DNA of 64,000 nucleotides, from assembly GCF_009834535.1 (NCBI RefSeq), contig NC_045696.1:39248001-39312000 (forward strand), written 5' to 3'. A program made the translations under genes and the position numbers. The stretch comes from Camelus ferus (lineage: Eukaryota). Positions within the stretch are counted from its first letter, which is position 1. Every line of letters starts with the position of its first letter. Of the stretch, positions 12,188 to 24,711 are shown piece after piece. The notes under the pieces were generated by a model that was not told where the DNA came from, ran no database searches, and worked only from the letters and a program-made list of their open reading frames with translations.

Positions 12188-12565
12188 AAAAAATTAAAAA
12201 TAGAGCTATCATATGATCCAGCAATCACATTCCTGGGTATGTATCCAGAGAAAACTCCAAGTTGAAAAGATATATGTCTCCAATGTTCACAGCAGCACTG
12301 TTTACAATAGCCAAGACATGGAAACAACCTAAATGTCCATGGACAGATGACTTTTATAAATATTATAAAACAACTTTATTATATATATATATTGATATGA
12401 CAAATGAGATTCAGAGTAACATTTACATATGATTCCAAAGATTGTTTTGTAGTGTATCACCCATCCATTGCTTTAAAGGGAGCAGTGTGCACTGTTTTGT
12501 AGGTTACTTTTTTCAGGGGGTATTTTGAGGATGTGAAAAACAGAATAAAATTACTTTAAACTCAA

Positions 12566-12567
<2 letters not shown>

Positions 12568-12613
<46 letters not shown>
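12568..12613. repeat. (CA)n microsatellite
   Basis: Perfect AC dinucleotide run. Confidence 0.95.
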
Positions 12614-12615
<2 letters not shown>

Positions 12616-14019
12616 AGAGTGGAACACTACTCAGCCGTAAAAAAGAATGAAATAATGTCATTTGCAGCAACATGAATGGACCTAGAGATTATCATACTAA
12701 GTGAAGTAAATCAGACAGAGAAAGATAAATCACGTATCACTTTTATGTGGAATCTAAATAAATGACCCAAATGAACTTATTTACAAAACAGAAAGAGAGT
12801 CACAGAAATAGAAAGCAAACTTGCAGTTACCAAAGGGGAAAGGGTAGGGGAAGGCTAAATTAGGAGTTTGGGATTAGCAGATACAAACTACTATATATAA
12901 AATAAAAAGGTCCTACCATACAGCACCAGGAACTGTATTCAATATCTTATGATAACCTATAGTGAAAAAGAATATGAAAAAGAATATGTGCATATATCTG
13001 TATGACTGAATCATTATGCTTTTCACCAGAAACTAATATAACATTGTAAATCAACTATACGTCAATTTAAAAAAAGACCACAAATAACAAATGTTGGCAA
13101 GGCTGCAGAAAAAGGGGAACCCAAGTACAATGTTGGTGGAAATGTAAATTGGTAGAGCCACTATGGAAATCAGAACGGGGATTCCACAAAACACTAAAAT
13201 TAGAACTAGCATGTGATTCACCAATTCCATTCCTGGATACATATCCAAAGAAAATAATAACACTAATTTGAAAAGATATCTGCACCCCAATGGTCATAGC
13301 ATCATTATGTACAATAGCCAAGATATGGAAGCAATCTAATTGTTCATCAACAGATGACTGGATAAAGAAATGTGTATACATTTACAATGTAATACTACTC
13401 AGCCATAAAAAACAATGAAATTCTGTTACTTTCAATAACATAGATGGACCTAAAGGGCATTATGCTTAGTGAAATAACTCAGAAAGAGAAAGACAATTAC
13501 CATATGTTATCATTTATACGTGGAATTAAAAAAATAAAACAAATGAATAAACATAACAAAACAGAAACAGACTAACAGATACAGAGAACAAACTAGTGAT
13601 TACCAGCGGGGCGAGGGAGGAGGGAAGGGACAAGATAGGGGTGTGGGATTAAGAGAGATATACTACTCAGTATAAAATAAATGTGCAACAAGGATATATT
13701 GTACAGCAAAGGGAGTATGTCTATTATTTTATAACAACTTTAAATGGAGTATAATCTATAAAAATATTGAACTACTATGCTGTACACTTGAAATTAATAT
13801 TGTAAATCAACTGTATTTCAATAAGATAAAAAGAAAATGACAGTTCCAGTCTCTACACTTATATTCTAGTAGAAAAGAGAGACTTAAAAAAAAGTAATTA
13901 AATTAAGTAGTAATATGTACTATGATTGGGGAAGACCCTTTTGCCTCTAAGCAAAGTTTAATGTTAGGATTCGATAAGGTTCAGCTGTAAGATTCTTTAT
14001 TCTATTCTTTCTATTCTTT

Positions 14020-14455
14020 TTTTATGTGGCTCCATCTATTTTTATAGTTTTTACTATCATCTACATGAATGAATATTTCCAGCTCTGTCATCTCCCCTAA
14101 TCTCCAGACTTACATGTCTAATTGCCACACAGGATATAGTTCTTTGAATTTCCCAAAGACATCTCAAATTTAATGTGATCAAAAAGCAACAGAAATGTGG
14201 GTATTCCTGGTCTTCTCCATCTTGATAGTAGCATCCTCCAACCATTGGGCAAGGATAAAATTAGGAGTAATCCTTCATCTTCTCTCTTGAGATCCAATCT
14301 TTCACAAGATCTGTAACTCTATCTCTTAAATATATCTTCAATGTGTCCAAATCTCTCCATTTACACTATCCTCACACAATTCTATGTTGTTTAACATCTC
14401 TTACCTGAATAATGTCAATGGCTTCACACTGGTCTCCCTGCTACTGGTCTGTTTA
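14020..14455 (+). mobile_element. L2 fragment (probably continued at ~19440-19720)
   Basis: tctccagact...atctcaaatttaatgtg..caaaa...ggagtaatcctt...tggtctccctgct. Confidence 0.6.
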
Positions 14456-14479
14456 TTTCTTTTAAATTTTTATTCATAA

Positions 14480-17400
14480 ACCAATTTAAAAAATATTACC
14501 AAAAGTGAATTCAAAAATTATAATCCTTTGCCCACCATAACCTATGCATATCAGATATAACCACTTTCTAAGTATTTTTAGCTATTTCTCTGAAAATTTA
14601 CCTTTTACAGTATCAATTGTAGACATATTAATCAACTTCCTGCTATGTTATTAATGTATGCATCTACGTATATATGTATTTCACACCTCCCCATTTATCT
14701 CATTCTTGATGGTAATCACAATATTTGATAATTTAATCATTAGGCTTTATTAGGGTCCTGTGAATACTTTTCATTGCTGAGCAACTAGTGCACTAAGATT
14801 ATACTTCATTCCTGATGACTTCGTGGGATTTTTTTAAATGTTACGAAAAACTTTATTTCCCATTTGCTCTATTAGATCCATCATGTGTCTATCAAATATA
14901 TTCCTTAAAAACTCAACTCTATTAAATAATTTTTTTTTAATCCTAGAGACTTCCTCCTGGTGCTCCTGTCTGGAGAGGCTGCTCTCTAGGCCCAGTGCTC
15001 AGCTGTCCTGCTGAGACATCCCTTTGCCGACTCCTTATGTTGGATACTCTGCTTCCAAACTCTCTATATTCCTCTCCATTTCACTAGGAAATCCTGATAA
15101 TCTTGTTGGCAATAAAGACTGGGAATCCAGACGTGTTGCAAATGACCTTTGTTCTTTCTTCACACATGACGAGTAGTTTGGCTTCTACAGAATTCTGGAT
15201 TTGAAATAATTTTTCTTCTGATCATTAAAGGCATTCTTCCTTTATATTCTAGCAAGCTGTGTTGCTTCTGAGAAATTTCATTGTCATACTGATTCACATT
15301 CCTTTATTTTCTTTTCAGAAATTTTTAGACATTTTATTTATCAATGGCTGTATAAAGTTGCAGAATGAATATCTTTGGCTTTTTCCTTTCATTCATTTTT
15401 CTACATAATGTGGATTCTTTTTTTCTTTCTTCCTTGCCTGCTTAGTTCTCTTTTCTTTTTTCTTTCCTTTCCTTCTCTTATTTTCCCTTTCCTATTTCTT
15501 CCCTCTTCTTTAGTTCTCTTCCAATTTCTTCCCTTTCCCACCCTGCCTTCCCACTCCTCTCTCCTCCCTCCCCACCCTCCCCCATCCTCTCTCCCTGTAT
15601 CTATCTCTCTCTTTTCTTTTTACTTTCTTTCAATTTAAAGACTCAAAGCTTTACTTCATCAATTAAGACAACCTGAGAGAACATAATAGATACAATTTAC
15701 ATAGAAAAATCAGAGTGAAGAAATCTTATTACTAGTTGTCAGAATAGATTGTTTTCCTAATATGCTATGAAGATCTTCAACATATTAAAAATGACCATTC
15801 TAAACTAATAGATTTTAATATGTTTCATCAGCTTAAATCCATTATACTTACTATTCATTTTGATACCAATATTGTCTCATCTTTGGCTAATAGAAACTCA
15901 CTCAAAAACTTCAAGATGGTCCTGAGTCTTTCTGAGACAGTAGTCTCTGATAGATTTCATGCTCTCATGTACAACATGTCTAGACTAAACTTATGGATTT
16001 CCTGCCTCAAAATGGGAATTAGACATTTTTCTGAAGAGGCCCCATAAGCAATAATGTTAACTAGTTTCTGATCTATATTTCTTCTCTTTCTTTAAAAAAA
16101 TAAGAAAACACACAAACATGCATGCATATCTACACAATCTAATCTCCCCTTCCTTCTTACTCAAATGGTAGCATACACATATGCACACACACACACACAC
16201 ACACACATACATACATAATATGCATTGAGTTTTTTTTTTTCCCTTTACTTACAATGACCTGGAAATTACACCATATCTGTATGTAGTGATATCCCTCTCT
16301 CTTTTTTTGTAACAGTCATGCAGCACTTAGCTGTGTGTTTACTGAAATGGTCTCTAGGAATGGGTTTCTAGGTTGTTTCCTATACTTTATCTGACACAGC
16401 TCTATCTACTCATTTATTTGTAGCCTTTCGGAATGACTTTGTTGTAGCTGTATCTCTTATCCAGATTGTAAAGCTGACTTTTCCTTTTTGAGCAATATGA
16501 AAATCTCATTGTAATTGGTGAATTAATTCCATTTACATTAATTTCTGATTGGTCCAAATTCTTGCATATTATTTTATCTAATATTTACCAACCAACTGTA
16601 TTATACAATCTTTGTTTCATTTTTGCATGGTTTGTTTTCCTTGCTTTTTCTATTTCTTTTTGCATTTTGGATGGAAGGTATTTTTGTTAGTACTGTAATA
16701 TTACCTTTATGTTAATACTTTTATTACCTATCCAATCCCCACTTTTCTGTATTTATCATGCTACTTTTGGTTTGTTAGCTTTCAATAATATTACTTGACT
16801 ATGACTAGAATTTATGTGGCAGTCAATAAGCTTATTTACTTTAGCTTTCTCTTCTCCTCCGCTGATTTTTTAAAAAATGTATTAACATTTTATTTTGTAA
16901 TAATTTCTGATTTCCAAAGGAGTTAAAAAAATCCAGAGTTCTCTGGTACATTTCACCCAAGTTCCACTAATGTTACATCTTAAGTAATCATGGCACATAT
17001 ATCAAAGCTAAGATGTTAATTATACGTTTTATGCTGGATTTTAACAGTTTTTCCTCTAATGTCATTTTTCTGTTCCAGGATTTAATTAAGGATGCCAATT
17101 TGCATTTAGTTTTCATGTCTCCTTGGTTTCCTCCAATGTGACAGTTTCTCTGTGTTTCCTTGTCTTTCATAATCTCAGAAATACTGGAGGACTCAAAATA
17201 TTTTGTAGAATATCTCTAAATTTTCGTTTGTCTGGTCTCATGATTAGACTCGTGTTATGGATTTGGAGGAAGAATATCACAGAAGTGAGAAGTCCTTCTC
17301 ATTCTATCATATTGGGGGTTCATGATAGCAACATAACTTCTTACTAATGATGTTAATCTTGATCACACTAAGGTGGAATCTGCTAGGTTTCTCCACTGTA

Positions 17401-18480
17401 AAATTTATTCCTGTTCATACTCCATTTGTTAGAAACAAGTCACTAAGTCCAGGCTACACTCAAGGGAAGAGGTACTGTGCTATGTCTCCTGGAGGGAGGA
17501 GAATCAAAGAATCTGGAAATATATTAACACCATCCAGTAATTAAATATTTTGGGGAGACTATAAAATATGTTGTTTCTTCTTGAAGTTTTGCCCACCACT
17601 GGGTCTTGCCTAATAATTACTACTTTGCATTCTCACAGCAATTTCCTATTTCCCTGATTATTTTTATATTATTAATTAGAAAGTGTAGCTTAACTAGATA
17701 TAAAATTCTAGGCCCATACATTTTTCCTTAAGCTTATTGAGAATGCTGATCTACAGTTATCTTGTTTTATACATTGCTGTTGAGATGCCAATCTGGTTTC
17801 TTTTCTTTGTAAGTGAAGATATGTAGATGGAAGTGCAGATAATTTTCTTTAACTTGAAGTCTAATAGTTTTACTAGCATGTATCTTGAAGTTCACTTTTC
17901 TGGGTCAATTATCATAATTATGTTTCAAAATGTATGTTAACGTTTTCTCGTTTTCCCCAATTTTTACTTAGATTATAATTTCTCTTCCATTATTTTTTCT
18001 TTTTTAAGGACTACAATTCTGTTTGTGTAGCAGTCTGTTAATTTTTACAGTATCATAACTCTTAATTCTTTCTACCCCTTTAAATGTGTCACTTTCATTC
18101 TTTTAATCATTTCCTTTCTTCTCTTCAATGGCCCTTTCACAGATAATAGAATCCCTTGCCTCTTGAGAACCTTGTAATTTAATTTTAATTTCCAAAGTGA
18201 TTATGTCTTTTTCTCCAAATCTTTTCTACATTTAGTCAGTTATCATCTTATGTATTTCTTTTTCTCCATCTCTGTTTTGGTTTTAGAATTTTTGATAAAA
18301 GGTGTTTTTCCATATCTACAAGAGTGCAGGCTGAGAAACTGTAAGAATTTTTTTCTTTCTTGCTGTTGTTTTTCTGGAAAGAACTTTATCAAATGAAACA
18401 CTGTATTCATATTTTTAGTTTTCTCCTTATATTGGTTTTGTGGGGATGTAGCCTGTAATTTTTCTGTTTATTTTGAAATG
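14480..18480 (-). mobile_element. Cluster of ancient L1ME/L1MC fragments, with a clearer L1MC-type 3' end at ~16870-17560
   Basis: T-rich degraded L1-like sequence; ttttctgttccaggat...ttgcatttagtt.tcatgtctcctt...atattttgtagaat resembles an L1MC 3' end. Confidence 0.5.
15410..15632. repeat. Polypyrimidine (CT-rich) low-complexity tract
   Basis: Almost exclusively C and T. Confidence 0.85.
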
Positions 18481-18674
18481 ACTATTTTTCCTCTGGATCG
18501 GTAATGATAGATTATCTAGCAGGGGTAAGGATATACTACAGGTTACTAAGTTAATAGTTTTGGAGCACTCTGCTCTGTTGGTACAGTATACTACTTCTTT
18601 AAAAGTTCATCTTTGAGAGGTAAGGTTAATTGTGCCATCTGACCTTGTGATTTTTTGTTGTTGTTCTGTAGCAA

Positions 18675-19440
18675 CTTGTTTAATTTGAGATACCCAAGAA
18701 ACAGACTCTGAGATGGAGATGTGCATGTAAGAAGCTTGTTGGGGAATGACCTTAGGCTCAATACTTACTGAAGAAATGAAAGACGTAAGATTGATTAAAG
18801 GATATTGAATTTAGTCACAACAAAGACCTTAGCCAACCCATGGAGAAAAAGAGGTTTGGGATGTTCCTTCAAAGTTTCCATGCCTTAAGTCAGGGGTCTG
18901 GAATTTATATCTTCCGCAAAACAGTCATTGGATGCCTCAAGTAAGGAATTTGACCTTCATAAGACATTTATCCTCAGCTAAGACTATTTCCTAGAAAAGG
19001 ACTCAGAAGAGAGGAGTCATTAGCACTCTTACTGCTGTGGAAATAGGTAGGATCTAGGCTGTAAATCACAGATCCATTATTGGCCACCTATTATACTGCT
19101 CAGAGCTTCTTATTTCTTATAAGTTCTGGGAAAGCCAGGATTTGGGTCTTGCTCTTTTTCTGGAGAACCTTACAAGATAGTTAATTAGACACCTGTGGTT
19201 TCAACTGTTGCAGTTAGTCTCAGAGTCACACTAATATCCATCTTTCTCCTCTTGACTCCTTTCACCTTTGTCTAATACCTCTGCTGCACTAGGAGAGTAA
19301 CATGGGAGGATGATCCAGAATTAAGATCCCCAGGGATCTGAGCCTTTAATCACTATGCCCTTTTCAGTCCTGGTTGTTACATTTGTCTACCATCAAATTT
19401 ATGCAAGGGAGTACCAATGAATGCCTATGGATCACCTGAA
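18675..19440 (-). mobile_element. Ancient ERVL-class LTR (LTR33/LTR41-like) plus adjacent internal remnant
   Basis: aaacagactctgagatggagat.tgcatg.a.gaag.ttgttggggaatg is typical of old ERVL LTR ends. Subfamily uncertain. Confidence 0.5.
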
Positions 19441-20039
19441 TACAGTTCAGGTCTTGTTATTCCAAGCTTCCAGGCTTTTATCATGTGATTCCCTCATACT
19501 AATTCTTCATATGCTTTGCTTATGAAGTCCTCATGTACCTACAAAGTTCATCTGAAATGACACTTCCATTTAGAAATCTTTCTTTTTTTCTACCAGGTCA
19601 CCACTCACTTCTTTCACCATATTTTTGTATAACATACTTATACTTTTGTATATCACATCTTGAATTACCTGCTAGTTAGCAATGTGCCTTTCGAGTCACT
19701 AGATTATGAGCTTGTTACCGGAAGCATTTTTAGAACCTGCGAAGGTCTTACTCCCCACGCTCACATCCTATGCTCACTCTAACAATTCTCTTTTCTAATA
19801 CCCTGTCTATTGCAATCACTTAAGGTTAAACAGAACTGAAATTTTAAAAATCAAAAAAGCACACACTAAAGATTGAGCTCAGTTTGTTGACAAGGGCCTA
19901 AAATATATATGACATAGTCAGTGACATGGTGACTTAAGTATATTTAGTCAAGATGTTTACAATCAAGACACATACAAGTCACACTTGAAAAAGTGGCAAA
20001 TGCATTACAAAAACAGGTAAGTATCATGCAGATCAGGAA

Positions 20040-20620
20040 AAGGAAAAGTCAACTTAATTTAAAGGACTTAGGACAGTCATCAAGGAGGAGGCCTGACTGG
20101 AGATCAAGAATGAGTAGTACTGAGAGGAAAGACAGTGAGAAGAAGTTGTTTCCAGTGAGGGAAACATGAGCAAATTAATGAAGCAGGTGCACAGAGGAAC
20201 AGTGAATGGATGCATATGGCCACATGCCTTGAAGTGAGAGGAAGAAAGCAAGGTGACTGATAGGTAAGACACAGACAGACTGTGGAGCATCTGGAAAGCA
20301 AAATAAGGAAAATGGATTTGTTTGAAAACTAATGACTATTTCAAATTCTTGAGCAGGGAAGTATTTTTTTCACTAATTGAACACATATTTGTTGAGTACT
20401 ATAAAGTGTGACATATTATTCAGGGTGTTAGAAACATATGAATGAACATAACAGAGAAATCCCATCCCTCTTAAGCCAAATGCTAATGGTGGTTGGGAGG
20501 GAAGGAGTGACTGATTATAAATGTACTAACAAATGAAACATAGCATATTGAAGGTGATCAGTGGAATGAAAGGGGAAAAAACAAAGTAAAAAATGTAAAG
20601 GCAGCTGGGGTAAACTAAAA
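20040..20620 (-). mobile_element. L2 3'-end fragments
   Basis: catatttgttgagtacta....gtg...cat.attcagg.tgttag.a.cata..a.tgaaca, plus purine-rich L2-like sequence. Confidence 0.5.
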
Positions 20621-20779
20621 AGAAAGGAGAACCATCTCAGTAATTCATATGTGGTAATAAATAATAATATCAGAGTTTCCAATGAGGTTTTTGCAGGATA
20701 TCGGGACAAACCCAACTCACAGAGTAAAGCTGATGACCCTGGCTGAAGCTACCACACTTTTGAGTCTCTTCTAAAAATT

Positions 20780-21260
20780 CTAATTATCTTTCATAAACTA
20801 TTAATTCCTCCAGTAAAAGGCCAAGTTAACATGAGACTGTTTTTTGCTCATTTTAAATTTATGCAAAAGTAAACAGAATTTTAAAATGAGGTCAGATACA
20901 TAATAATCAGCAAGGTGGTCATCAAATAACCTGACCTTAGTGACCTTAGTGAAGGTGATTTGCTTTAACCTTGTTGTCTCACAGGGCATCTTTATATGTG
21001 CAGGGGATTGACTCTCCCCACAGAAATACATGGATATCAGTGCCGGGAAATCCCTTAGGATTTGATGGAAAATTTTAACTGTGCATTGTAAGGAACATAA
21101 TTATTGACTCTGGCCTATTAGTAGTCTCCTAGATTTTCCTTCTTTTAATCCCAAATGTCTTAGAGACCAAAGTTTATATTCTGAAATTCTATGAGACCTA
21201 AGACCAAGAAGCAAACATAAATGGCTACAAAATATTTTTCAGTGGAATCTAGGTAAGGGA
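20780..21260 (+). promoter_or_regulatory. Putative OR5K promoter and first non-coding exon
   Basis: Repeat-free stretch about 3.5 kb upstream of the OR5K ATG, with O/E-like TCCCTTAGGA (21051-21060), TAAT cores and a strong donor AG|GTAAGG at 21253. Confidence 0.45.
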
Positions 21261-21385
21261 AGTATTCTAATTAATTTTTACTTTTAATATTAGAGTCCAT
21301 TATTATGTATTCATCTGAATTATTAAGCATCATTTTGTTGCTGTTAGAGTTCAACTACCCAAGTTATCTTTCTAGCTCTTTTCAG

Positions 21386-21469
21386 AACCAAAGGCTATGG
21401 GAAACTAGGATTAGATTCAAACTGCAATTCATGCTGGACTTTTTTGATTAAGGTGGAACTTCAAAATAG
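21386..21469 (+). other. Predicted internal 5' UTR exon of the OR5K gene (84 nt)
   Basis: Polypyrimidine acceptor ctcttttcAG| ending at 21385 and donor AG|GTAAGG at 21470. Confidence 0.45.
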
Positions 21470-21639
21470 GTAAGGACACAAAGTAACTTTGTTCAATAAT
21501 TTAAGCATTTACACTGAACATTTTTCTGATTTAGCTGAATAATTAAATGGCTTATTTTTAGTATTTTAAAACAAATAAATAAATTTTTCATTTGGGGCCT
21601 TTACTTTGATGTTTTGATTATGGAAAAATAAAACTATTT

Positions 21640-21687
21640 TGACCATAGATTTATATGATTATATGACCATAGATTTATATGATTTAT
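21640..21687. repeat. 24-bp tandem duplication
   Basis: tgaccatagatttatatgatt repeated with period 24. Confidence 0.85.
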
Positions 21688-21960
21688 ATATAGTCCTAGT
21701 GGATCACTAAATAATTGTAGAGATTGGCCTTTTAAAGGAAAACAAAATTAATTTTCAAAAATTGTATTAACATTTAAAGAGTTTTATCTTCTGAGTGTTT
21801 GAAAAACTAAAGTATAAAGGTAAGCTTACTTTTATTATTAGCTTTTAATCTACTGAGATATAATTCAGAAAATCTTATAATTTTCTTAGAATCAGAAAAA
21901 TAGTAGAAGAGTCAACTCAGATGAAAGAAGTACAAAACAAACAAACAAAAAACCTATTTT

Positions 21961-22062
21961 GAGAGGGTATAGTTCAGTGGTAGAATGCATGTTTAGCATG
22001 CACAAGGTCCAGGGTTCAATCCTCAGTACCTCCATTAAAATAAATAAGTAGATTAAAAAAGG
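21961..22062 (+). mobile_element. tRNA-derived SINE (camelid Vic-1 type)
   Basis: gagagggtatagttcagtggtag...gggttcaatcctcagtacctcca with A-rich tail. TSD aaacctatttt at 21950-21960 and 22063-22073. Confidence 0.82.
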
Positions 22063-22073
22063 AAACCTATTTT

Positions 22074-23150
22074 TTGATTAAATATATATACACAGTATTA
22101 TTTATCATAAAACACTGTGTAAGTTTAACATATATCACATGTAAGGATTTGGTACATTTGTTTATGGTAATACAATTGTCACATTTGGTACATTTGTTTA
22201 TGGTAATACAATTGTCACTGTAACATTAATTAGCACCCTATCACATCACATAATTGTCATTTCCTTTTTATGGTGGGAATAATTAAGATCTAGTCTCTTA
22301 GCAGTCTTAATGATTATAATAAAATATTTTTGTCTACATTCACTATACTGTGCATTAGATTCCAAGACTTATTTATCCATTAATTTCAAGTTTGTTAAAC
22401 AACTTAACTCCTATTCTCTCACTCCTTATCCCCTGGTAACCACCATTTTACTGTTTTAATGAATTTGGCTTTTTTAGATCCACATGTAAGTTACATCATA
22501 CAGTATCTGTCTTTCTCAATCTGACTTATTTCACTTAGCATAATGTCCTCAAGGTCCATCTATGTTGTTACAAATAGCAGGGTATCATTCTCTTGGCTGA
22601 ATAATATTCAACTGTGTGTGTGTGTGTGTGTATACCATAGTTTATTGATTTATTCATACTATGACAGGCACTTTGTGTCTCTGTATCTCACCTATTTTGG
22701 GTAATTTTGCAATAAACAGCAGAGTGCAGATATCCCTTTAATAACTTGTTTTTTTCCTTTGAGTATATACCCAGAAGAGTAACTGAGGGATCATATGTTT
22801 TATTTTTAATTTTTTGAGGAGCCTCAATATTATCCATAGTGGCTGAACCAATTTACATTCCCACCAACAGTGCACAACAGCTCCCTTTTCTCCATATCTT
22901 TGCCAATGCTTGTTATTTCTTACCTTCTTGATGATAGGCATGCTGACTGGATGTGAGGTGGTATCTCACTGTGGTTTGATTTTCATTTTCCTAATGATTA
23001 GTGATGTTGAACATCTTTTCATGTACCTGTTGACCATTTGAATGTCTTTTGGAAAAATGTCTTAGTTCTTCTGCCCATTTTAAAATCAGATTGTACTTTT
23101 ACTGTTCAGTTGTATGAGTTTCTTACATATTCTGGATATTGATCCTTAAT
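22074..23150 (-). mobile_element. L1 3' end (L1MA9-like), in the predicted OR5K intron
   Basis: Minus-strand ORF2 C-terminal peptide (HCWWECKLVQPLW) and 3' UTR. Contains a perfect 36-bp tandem duplication (22147-22182 / 22183-22218). Confidence 0.8.
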
Positions 23151-23259
23151 TTTTAAATGATAAGTTTGAATAATTTTCTCTGCAGCCTCTTCTTCAAAAT
23201 TAACAGATTCAATTTTTAGAAGAGGTCAACAGGATCATTGGTAGGACCACCAAAGAGGT

Positions 23260-23676
23260 CATACCATACGATATCACTCATATGTGGAATCTAAAAAAAA
23301 AAAAAGAAAAAAGAGGACACTAATAAACTCATCTACAAAACAGAAACAGACCAGCAGACATAGTAAATAACTTTATGGTTACTCGGGGAAAGGGCTTGGG
23401 AAGGGATAAATCTGGGAGTTTGAGATTTGCAAAGGTTAACCACTATATATAAAAATAGATTAAAAATAAATTCCTTCTGTATAGTACTGGGAACTATATT
23501 CAATATCTTGTAATAACCTTTAATGAAAAAAATTATGAAAATGAACACATGTATATGTTCTTAGAATCAGAAAAATAGTAGAAGTCATGTGTATGACTGA
23601 GACATTATGCTGTACACCAGAAATTGATACATTGTAACTGACTATACTTCAATTTAAAAAAAAGATTTAAAAAAAG
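23260..23676 (+). mobile_element. Young L1 3' UTR fragment
   Basis: atatcactcatatgtggaatctaaaa...acaccagaaattgatacattgtaactgactatacttcaat followed by an A tail. Imperfect TSD aagaggtcat/aagagtcat. Confidence 0.8.
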
Positions 23677-24711
23677 AAGAGTCATTGATTGGACACTGGA
23701 AACAAGTTCACACATCCTAGCTCACTGGAGTGGAGGCAGAACTGGAATCAAGACTGGTTTTTCCCCACAGAACTGTACAGCTGTTATAAGGAGTATAAGT
23801 CAGTAGTTAACCTCAAAGTGCTAATAATTTAATAAGGAAATTGTCTACTCACATATAAAAAAGAAATGTGGATTATACATAAGGAGTTCTAGATTGTGTT
23901 GAGTATGAAACATGCTTGAAAGTAGAGAAAATGGAGATCAGTGTAGTCTGGGGCATTTAATTAAATTTTTAAAATTTTCATTATTTATAAATTATGTTTT
24001 ATATAAAGAGGAAATGATTTAGATATACGGGCAAAATCAACAGAAATAATCACAGACAGAGTCAGTGTTTATGGAAATGGGTATGACACTGGGAAAAGGA
24101 ATAAAAGAGTTGATAATCAGTGGATATGTAATTCCTCAGCTATCCAGGATTACTGTTTTTAAAACTGAATAGCCCTCTCCTTAATCTTACTGATCTTCAA
24201 GCAATTCCTAAGATACAACTTTAACATATCTATTGTACGCATTTTTTCAAACAGGTCCTCCACTGGGAGAGTATATGAAAACCTTTTGCTCAATGAAAAA
24301 AACACGTATATAAAGAAAAAATGATTTTAAATTTATTTTTAAAAATCTTTAATATAAATACTGACATTGAACTTATTTAAGAATACTGAACCAAATGTGG
24401 GTACCCTAAATTTGGACACTATGCTTATATAAATTCATAGAGACAAACTTTTCCACCATAAGCATCCTCCCTGGAATTATCAAAACAGTCTTATGAATCC
24501 TGAGTTTCAGATTTGAAGTCATAGAGGCTGACATGTTAGGGGAGCAAATGTGCCCTAGAGTATGTGTGTTTGTATCAAAGAGACAGTAGGAGAGGCTAAA
24601 GAGAAAGTTCCTCTCCTTGTTGTAAAAAGAAAAATTTGAAAATAAAATTATACACGTTCTAAATTAGAATCTTTTATCTCCATAATTGTTATCTCAACAG
24701 ACAAAGTAGAG

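Larger units (their letters stand above)
10906..13070 (+). mobile_element. Younger 5'-truncated L1 nested in the older L1
   Basis: ORF2 peptides ([18 protein letters not shown]) and an artiodactyl-type 3' UTR. 13-bp TSD aaaaagaccacaa at 10893-10905 and 13071-13083. Confidence 0.88.
10320..13835 (+). mobile_element. Older 5'-truncated L1 (ORF2 3' end and 3' UTR), split into 10320-10905 and 13084-13835 by a younger L1
   Basis: ORF2 C-terminal peptides ([11 protein letters not shown]...KRCS). The sequence resumes after the duplicated aaaaagaccacaa and ends in an A-rich tail near 13820-13837. Confidence 0.85.

Noticed and set aside
15375..15638. Hydrophobic or proline-rich ORF
   Set aside because: Translation of a CT-rich low-complexity tract.
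22147..22218. CRISPR-like 36-bp repeat
   Set aside because: Only two directly adjacent copies with no spacer, inside a mammalian L1.
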